DNA from: Spirochaetia bacterium
GTDB lineage: Bacteria; Spirochaetota; Spirochaetia; DSM-27196; Salinispiraceae
Length of the DNA: 64,000 bases
Reading direction: 5' to 3'
Assembly (NCBI GenBank): GCA_038204425.1
Contig: JBBRCZ010000003.1
Coordinates: 96,001-160,000, forward strand
Positions 57,651-64,000 of the stretch are shown here, piece by piece (within the stretch, counting starts at the first letter, position 1; each line of letters opens with the position of its first letter). The notes beneath the pieces were generated by a model that saw nothing but the letters and a program-made list of their open reading frames with translations, was not told the origin of the DNA and did not search any database. The position numbers and the translations under genes were made by a program.

Positions 57651-58397
57651 GTGGATACCAATAGGCCTTTTGCCAAAAAGATATTCTTTCTCTATCCGCA
57701 TAGTGTAGTCGAAGATCAAATGATTACCTTACTCATTCAGTCAGAATATGAAGTGGCCTTGATAAATGACTACAAAAAAGCGGGGCCGATACTCTACCGT
57801 TACCCTTCGTCGGTGATCTTTATCAATATTGAATCCGCACTCGATGAGTCCGGTTGGGAACAATTTATAAGTGAGTTGATGAGAACTCGAGAGAAACACG
57901 ATGCTCGGATCGGTATAGTTGTTTACAATCCCAGACCAGACTTGGCACAAAAGTATCTAATGGAGATTGGCGTGCAATGTGGCTTTGTTGGCATCAAGCT
58001 GGGACTGGCAGATAGCGCCCGCATCATACTTAAGACCTTGGAAGTCAACGAAGCAAAGGGTGGACGGCGTTATGTTCGTGTAAAATGTCCGGCTGGTAAA
58101 GCAAGTTTTAACATTACTAGCGGCGGTAGAGTAATTAACGGAAGCGTCTCGGACATTAGTTCTGCTGGTCTGTCTTGTGTCTTTTCTGAGACAATGATAC
58201 CACCTGTCGATTTTTCCGACATGCAACTGTCTTTATGGGGTATGTTGTTTAAACTACAAGGTCGCCAAGCTGGTGTGAGAACTGGGGAAAAAGGCGAAAG
58301 TCTGTTTGTAGTGATTTTTGAAGAACTTGATCGCAATACCAAAGGCAAAATTTACACTTTTATTAGAAAAGCACTGCAGGCTGAGGTAGACCAGTAG
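57651..58397 (+). CDS. PilZ domain protein
   Basis: RRYVR (RxxxR) and DISSAG (DxSxxG). Confidence 0.8.
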   Translation: MDTNRPFAKKIFFLYPHSVVEDQMITLLIQSEYEVALINDYKKAGPILYRYPSSVIFINIESALDESGWEQFISELMRTREKHDARIGIVVYNPRPDLAQKYLMEIGVQCGFVGIKLGLADSARIILKTLEVNEAKGGRRYVRVKCPAGKASFNITSGGRVINGSVSDISSAGLSCVFSETMIPPVDFSDMQLSLWGMLFKLQGRQAGVRTGEKGESLFVVIFEELDRNTKGKIYTFIRKALQAEVDQ

Positions 58398-58469
58398 CTC
58401 TTTTGCGTGGAATTTGATCAATATGGTGATATATTTTGCATCTATGATGCAGCAGTGGAGGCTAAAACT

Positions 58470-58907
58470 ATGAGAAGCAAAGGTGATTTTCCCAATTTAA
58501 ACGATCGTGAACCGGAAGGACTTAAACCAGAGGGGACCCCTTACCGAGTCTTGATTGTGGACGACTCACTTTTTATCGCCAAACAACTTAGCCAGATTCT
58601 TAGTTCCGAAGGTTTTGAGATTGCAGGTATTGCAAGTGATGGCGAAGAAGGTGTTAACAAATACAAAGAACTTCATCCCAACCTTGACCTAGTAACCATG
58701 GACATTACGATGCCCAAACTTGACGGAGTAAGTGCTTTGCAACAGATACTTGAGTTTGATAAAAACGCCCAAGTGATAATGATCTCCGCGCTGGGTAAGA
58801 ATGACTTAGTTAAGAATTCACTCATACTAGGCGCCAAGAATTTTATCGTAAAGCCGCTTGACCGGGCCAAAGTTCTTGAACGTGTTGTCTCAGTTCTCAA
58901 GAGATAA
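58470..58907 (+). CDS. cheY: Chemotaxis response regulator CheY (spirochete type)
   Basis: VDDS, DITMPKLDG, ISA, KP. N-terminal extension resembles Treponema CheY. RBS GGAGG precedes ATG 58470. Confidence 0.85.
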   Translation: MRSKGDFPNLNDREPEGLKPEGTPYRVLIVDDSLFIAKQLSQILSSEGFEIAGIASDGEEGVNKYKELHPNLDLVTMDITMPKLDGVSALQQILEFDKNAQVIMISALGKNDLVKNSLILGAKNFIVKPLDRAKVLERVVSVLKR

Positions 58908-59999
58908 ATCCGGGAAGTTTTGATAGAGCATCCGTATCCAATCTATTGGCTGACAATCCTCATTGTGGCAAGCGCCTTCTTGAAACTCCGATCTCAGATC
59001 GCCATCATGGATGAGTTGGTCATAGACCAGCTGCCATTTGTTGTTATGTAGATAGGCATCGATTACCGTGTGGCTTTTTTTAAGAGCTTGGCCCCACAAG
59101 TCTTGCAAAGACTCAGTCCGTACTTGGGTCTTGTAGCATGGATCGACCCACTCCTGTCGATTGCTATTACTTAAGAGCGACAAGATGGTTTGATTGCACG
59201 GTTCTATACCATTTACCACGCGTGGATGCAAAAGCGAAACGTAGTGTAAGATGTCTTCTTGCTCAGCCGTTTCAACGTACCCATTGGAACGCGCATGCAG
59301 ACAGGCTTGAGTTTTTTTGGCTAGGTCGCAATACTCAGTACTACTTAGCCCCATTGACCAATGATAAAATCCATTTGCATCATTTTTTGCATTCTCAAAT
59401 CGCTCTTGTAGCTGAGTGTCATTCAAACAGCGAGGGTAAACCTGCTTTAGTGAGTCCACTAAGCGGCTTGCAATCTCAGGGACTAGATCAGTTGCGTAAA
59501 GCTTTGGAAACAGTGCGCTATTGAGATTTTTCATATTCTTCCAAGAGCAGCAGTAGTGGTCTATCAGGCGTTCACAGACAACGTGTAAGTGCCGCCACGC
59601 GTCGGTATGACTCTGACTAGGTACTACCCAGCCTGAGCGAAAGTTTATCCAAGGATGCAAATTGCGGTCGAGTATGCCATGACTGAGAAATGCAAGTGAA
59701 AAAACAGTGGGTAAGTCAAGTTTGCCGCTGGCTTTTGTAAGCAAGGACTTAGTAACTTGAGCAAAACCGCGTCGATGTAAAGCTACGCTGATGTACAGAC
59801 CTGAGGGTTTGCTTCTGCGATTATGGTAAAACATGTCGGGCATCTGTGCTCCGTGGTTGAGCGCCACCAACGCTTGATGGTTAAACTCTGATAGAGGACT
59901 ATCTGGATCTAGACTAAGATCACTTAAGAGCGGCGCAAGATCCAAAAAAGGTTTCAGACTTTCGAGCGCAAAAATCAAATGGGCAAGCTGAGACGGCAT
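58890..59999 (-). CDS. Zinc-dependent phospholipase C-like family protein
   Basis: N-terminal MPxxxxH, GAQMPD, LH, H.ILD..LHP, H..CE..ID. Confidence 0.65.
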   Translation of the reverse strand: MPSQLAHLIFALESLKPFLDLAPLLSDLSLDPDSPLSEFNHQALVALNHGAQMPDMFYHNRRSKPSGLYISVALHRRGFAQVTKSLLTKASGKLDLPTVFSLAFLSHGILDRNLHPWINFRSGWVVPSQSHTDAWRHLHVVCERLIDHYCCSWKNMKNLNSALFPKLYATDLVPEIASRLVDSLKQVYPRCLNDTQLQERFENAKNDANGFYHWSMGLSSTEYCDLAKKTQACLHARSNGYVETAEQEDILHYVSLLHPRVVNGIEPCNQTILSLLSNSNRQEWVDPCYKTQVRTESLQDLWGQALKKSHTVIDAYLHNNKWQLVYDQLIHDGDLRSEFQEGACHNEDCQPIDWIRMLYQNFPDLSLEN

Positions 60000-60184
60000 C
60001 AGACTACTCTAATCAATTAGCCCAATAAGTGACAGGGGATTTTTGATGCAAGCAGCTAGTATCGCTATACAGAACAAGCCCCATTGATTAGAATAACTTT
60101 ATGTCAGCTCTGGCAAAATAATAACAAAAAGAGATTATCCACCCTGACACTTGGTGTCACTAAAGCGGATATCAGGAGGTCGTG

Positions 60185-61408
60185 GTGAATCAGGAGTCTC
60201 AATCTAAATTGATCTTGGTGGTCAATTGTGGCAGTTCCTCGCTAAAATATGAAGTCTTCTTTATGCCACTTGGTACCAGCCTCGGCAAGGGTATGGTAGA
60301 ACGAATAGGCATGCCTATTGGTAATCTTGACCAAAGCTCACCAAAGGGCAACTACCATCGTGACGCAGTTATTGAAGACCACACCACCGCTATGGATTTG
60401 ATGATACAAGCCTTGATAGACCCAGACATGGGGATTGTTTCTTCGCTAGAAAAAATAAGTGGCGTAGGTCACCGCGTAGTGCATGGTGGCGAAAAGTACG
60501 CCACGTCAGTAGTGATTGATGAACAAGTAATTAATGCTATACAAGAATGTATAGAGCTCGCACCACTACATAATCCCGCTAACCTAATTGGTATTCGGGA
60601 GTCGATCAGGCTTTTTCCTAAAGCAAGCCAGGTTGCGGTGTTTGATACATCGTTTCATCAGACTATCCCACCAGCGGCCTATCTCTATGGATTGCCGCGA
60701 GAACTATACGAAAAGTATAGGATTAGAAAATATGGTTTCCATGGTACCAGTCACCGCTTCGTTTATAAAGAAGCCGTTTCGTACATGAAACGCAGTGATG
60801 AAAATACCAATATTATTTCGTGTCACCTCGGAAATGGGGCAAGTTTGACTGCCATAGAAGCTGGCAAATCCATCGATACGTCGATGGGTTTTACCCCATT
60901 AGAAGGCTTAGTTATGGGTACGCGTTGTGGTGACATAGACCCTCAAATTGTTATTTTCCTGCTTGAACACGGCTATACCCATGAACAATTGAACACTATG
61001 CTCAACAAAAAATCCGGCCTATTGGGCATGACCGGTATTTCCAGTGATATGCGTGATGTCTACAAAGCTTCAATAGAAGGAAATCAAATTGCAAGTGATG
61101 CTCTGGATGTCTATGCTCGCCGGGTTAGGCGCTACATTGGGGCCTACATGGCAGAATTGGTAAAGGTCGACGCATTAGTTTTTACTGGTGGCATCGGGCA
61201 GTGGGCTTTTCACATGCGTGAACGAATTTGTAGTCGCCTTGAAAACTTAGGTATCTTTATGGACTACGAAAAAAATCGCAGCAACGGCCCCTCGATGGGG
61301 GTAGTGAGTACACCCTACTCGCCAGTTACTATTTTGGTAGTGCCTACCAATGAAGAACTGCAAATAGCGACTGACACGCAAAACTTGCTCAATGATAAGG
61401 TGATCTAG
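60185..61408 (+). CDS. ackA: Acetate kinase
   Basis: NCGSSSLKY, GHRVVHGG, LAPLHN, YGFHGTSH, HLGNG, TNEE. RBS AGGAGG. Confidence 0.97.
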   Translation: MNQESQSKLILVVNCGSSSLKYEVFFMPLGTSLGKGMVERIGMPIGNLDQSSPKGNYHRDAVIEDHTTAMDLMIQALIDPDMGIVSSLEKISGVGHRVVHGGEKYATSVVIDEQVINAIQECIELAPLHNPANLIGIRESIRLFPKASQVAVFDTSFHQTIPPAAYLYGLPRELYEKYRIRKYGFHGTSHRFVYKEAVSYMKRSDENTNIISCHLGNGASLTAIEAGKSIDTSMGFTPLEGLVMGTRCGDIDPQIVIFLLEHGYTHEQLNTMLNKKSGLLGMTGISSDMRDVYKASIEGNQIASDALDVYARRVRRYIGAYMAELVKVDALVFTGGIGQWAFHMRERICSRLENLGIFMDYEKNRSNGPSMGVVSTPYSPVTILVVPTNEELQIATDTQNLLNDKVI

Positions 61409-61411
61409 TCT

Positions 61412-63115
61412 TTGATTCCACCCTTGGTCACTTTTAGCATTCTTTGGCAATCTCGGACCTGCCCATACTTGCTTAAGCAATACCTGCGCTCGGGTGCGCC
61501 AAGTTCCAGCAAGTCTACAACACTTGGGAGCTTGGCAGGCATTTTTGAACAGGTTCGACTAAATTTACTCGGCGCAAGCAATAGCCAATCAGCCGAGGAA
61601 CTATTTGCCGAAGATCGATTTTTGAACTTTCAAAAAAGCCAAGTTATGGATCTTGCCAAGCAGTGTTTTTTGCAAGTAAGCATCATAGAATCTCAAACGT
61701 TATTTGCGATGGAAGGTGAGACGCTGCGTGAACTGGGATGGCTTTCGGCTAAGACCGATGGAAAACTACGAACAAAGAAAGCCTTAGTTTTGCATAAAGA
61801 CAATTGGCAGAGCGAACTAGAAGGCCTTCCTGGATTGGAATCAGCTACGTTTGTTTGGAAAAATCTATGCGCCCAGGTAGACTTTCTCTTTGTCATGCCT
61901 GATGGAAAGTTTGTCGTGCTAATGGTGAGCGCGAGTCCAAGAATCAAAGAATCACTTATTCAAGAAGCAGATTTTGCCCGTTATGTGCTCGAGAACTCTG
62001 GTATGGAAGTCGCACAGGTCTGGTTGCTTCATCCTAATGAATCCTACACTCGACCAAGCGGCCAAGGTCAGATTGACAATGGACAGTTCTTTTCGCTAAG
62101 TCCGCTGGGGCAAAAGCTCAAACATTTGAGCACAAGCGTGAGTTCGCAGCTTCCAACAATCTTTGCCAAGGCACTTGAAGCAGAGCCTTGTGACAGTAAA
62201 CAAGAATGCTTGTTTTGTACTTCGCAAGCCAAAGCCGTTAGCCCGGATAGTGTTCACACGCTACATAGGCCTGGCCAGCTGATTGAACTATTGGAGCAAG
62301 AGGGTGTTCACACTTTGGCAGAAACACAAACGGCATCGCTAAAGACGCGTTCCCAACTAAAAGAACGCCACCTAATTCAAATCCGAGCCCATCTGCAGCA
62401 AGAAGTTATTGTAGACAAAGTTGCACTTGCAGCATTCCTTGGCAGCCTTAGCAGCCCGTACTCGTTCTTGGATTTTGAAAGTACCTGTGAAGCTGTTCCT
62501 CCATTAGATCTGGCCAGAGTCTGGGAGCACTTGCCGTTTTTATTCAGTACCCACCAACTTTTGGGGCACACCTTGCAAAGCATTGCCTCCTGCACCAACG
62601 TCTTTGATCTAGACGATGATCTACTTCACCATAGCTATCTGATAGACCCCGGCGCAGATCGTCAACAGGGCGAACGGTGCTTGATAGAGGCTTTGCTAAA
62701 AGAGCTGCCAGCGCAAGGAAGCATTTTGGCCTACGGTGCGGCTTTTGAACGAAATGTTTTGCATCGACTTGCCCAGCGCCATCCAGATTTAAAACACCAA
62801 ATCACGCACGTTGCAGGGCGGATTGTAGACCTTCAAATTCCATTTGCCAATTTTTGGTTTTACCATCCTGGGCAAATGGGTAGGCTTAGTCTCAAAAAAA
62901 TCTTACCCTTAATTGGTGGCCGTAATCACAGTGCACTAGCCATTAGATCTGGTGGCGATGCCAACCAGCGCTACTATGAACTGTGCCACCCGGCCTTGGG
63001 CGGCATTAAATCTCGCGCTGAACAAGACCAGATAAGCAGAGACTTAACCTTGTACTGCACCATGGACACCCAAGGTCTGGTGACGGTCTTACATACCTTG
63101 ATTAGCCAACTATAG
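61412..63115 (+). CDS. DUF2779 domain protein (RNase H-like exonuclease C-terminus, degenerate nuclease-like N-terminus)
   Basis: FLDFEST, PFLFSTH, AY.A.FE..VL, VDL..PF, S.KKILP, YC.MDT. Confidence 0.75.
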   Translation: MIPPLVTFSILWQSRTCPYLLKQYLRSGAPSSSKSTTLGSLAGIFEQVRLNLLGASNSQSAEELFAEDRFLNFQKSQVMDLAKQCFLQVSIIESQTLFAMEGETLRELGWLSAKTDGKLRTKKALVLHKDNWQSELEGLPGLESATFVWKNLCAQVDFLFVMPDGKFVVLMVSASPRIKESLIQEADFARYVLENSGMEVAQVWLLHPNESYTRPSGQGQIDNGQFFSLSPLGQKLKHLSTSVSSQLPTIFAKALEAEPCDSKQECLFCTSQAKAVSPDSVHTLHRPGQLIELLEQEGVHTLAETQTASLKTRSQLKERHLIQIRAHLQQEVIVDKVALAAFLGSLSSPYSFLDFESTCEAVPPLDLARVWEHLPFLFSTHQLLGHTLQSIASCTNVFDLDDDLLHHSYLIDPGADRQQGERCLIEALLKELPAQGSILAYGAAFERNVLHRLAQRHPDLKHQITHVAGRIVDLQIPFANFWFYHPGQMGRLSLKKILPLIGGRNHSALAIRSGGDANQRYYELCHPALGGIKSRAEQDQISRDLTLYCTMDTQGLVTVLHTLISQL

Positions 63116-63191
63116 TGGGGCAAAAGTCCTCTATCTGTATTAGACTTGAGTAGAGCACAAAGACTCTAATGGAATGCTCAAGGAGAATTGC

Positions 63192-63434
63192 ATGTCCGAA
63201 CAAAGCCTAGAAACTATCTATGAAGCCGACAGCCAGATAGAAGCATCGGTAATTGAAAACCTACTTAGTACTAATGGTATTGCTTGCACCATCCGCAATG
63301 TTGGATTGCCGGGAGTTTTTGGAAGCAGCGCTGGAAAAAATCCCCTAGCAGAGTTGTACCAAGTCTTGGTAAAATCGACACAACTTGAACTAGCAGAACA
63401 GACCATTTTAGACTACCAATCGCCTGACGAGTAA
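63192..63434 (+). CDS. DUF2007 putative signal-transducing small protein
   Basis: IEA.VI..LL..NGI...VLV....E.A pattern. RBS AAGGAG. Confidence 0.7.
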   Translation: MSEQSLETIYEADSQIEASVIENLLSTNGIACTIRNVGLPGVFGSSAGKNPLAELYQVLVKSTQLELAEQTILDYQSPDE

Positions 63435-63457
63435 CGACTAAAAGAACCAATACAAGA

Positions 63458-63495
63458 GCCGTGAAGAGCAAAAATCTCATCACGGCCTTTTTTTT
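63458..63495 (+). terminator. Intrinsic terminator
   Basis: GCCGTGA...TCACGGC followed by T8. Confidence 0.7.
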
Positions 63496-63498
63496 ACT

Positions 63499-64000
63499 TT
63501 ATTCAGATAAGAAGTAATCCTTGTCGTAACCAAGGTCTCTTGAGTGTGGGTAGCGGCGCAGCAAAACACTAAAGTACTTACGAGCTTCATCGGGACGTTT
63601 GGTTTTCTTATAGTAATCACCCATTATTCGATAAGCATCGTAGGTTTGGCGGTTATCGTATTTTTCTAAATAGGCTTTGGTCGCATATGGTTTTACTAAC
63701 TCCATCGCCTCAATCCAGCTACTTTGTTCAGGCATATTGTTGAGCAGCCTTGCTCGTTCTATATCAATGTACATCTTGCCGGGGCCTGTTAATGACATGG
63801 CCAAAAACGTCCCCGTCGCGATTACAAAAACCACAACTGCCACAATAAAGACGGGTCTAAAGTGTTTAAACTCCAAAGCCGCTATGCGCTTCCTAAAGAT
63901 GATTACCGGTATCATTAGCAGTGTCAGAATCAGGCCAATATATTCATCAGCACTGCGTTGGTAAACCAATTCAACATCTGCCTGTTCTGGATAAATCAAC
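63499..64000 (-). CDS. Membrane protein C-terminus with a TPR-like helix pair, truncated by window end
   Basis: Open to the window edge. Two TM segments, then AYRIMGDYY...EARKYF...YPHS. Confidence 0.7.
   Translation of the reverse strand, partial: LIYPEQADVELVYQRSADEYIGLILTLLMIPVIIFRKRIAALEFKHFRPVFIVAVVVFVIATGTFLAMSLTGPGKMYIDIERARLLNNMPEQSSWIEAMELVKPYATKAYLEKYDNRQTYDAYRIMGDYYKKTKRPDEARKYFSVLLRRYPHSRDLGYDKDYFLSE

Noticed and set aside
1..64000. CRISPR array, tRNA, rRNA, IS or transposase, oriC
   Set aside because: No regularly spaced repeats, cloverleafs, rRNA or transposase motifs were seen by eye. DnaA-box-like 9-mers (near 9820 and 60135) are isolated and imperfect.

Overview
Core-chromosome window of a spirochete. 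The assignment is inferred from spirochete-type gene order: tamB-bamA-skp-mutS, rimP-nusA-infB-rbfA-truB-rpsO-pnp-dut-lptFG-tgt-murJ, tandem lepB divergent from FGE/PEGA-smpB, a long TPR-GreA and a Treponema-like CheY. There are about 50 CDS and one tmRNA (12409-12752, minus strand, tag ANNNADYALAA). No CRISPR array, tRNA, rRNA, integrase or transposase was seen. The accessory part (about 3.8-12.4 kb) holds a membrane Ser/Thr kinase operon with two degenerate FHA proteins and a VWA protein, a convergent metallophosphoesterase, an orphan pstS and a canonical FHA gene. The most striking non-coding signal is a compact, highly structured 174-bp unit just downstream of tmRNA that ends in an exact copy of the tmRNA 3' end and shows CAGGA(A/C)G motifs in hairpin loops. 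Other notable items are a structured rpsO leader, a second signal peptidase lacking the catalytic Lys, a TGT lacking its zinc cysteines, and several apparently leaderless genes. All calls come from reading the sequence; no searches were run.
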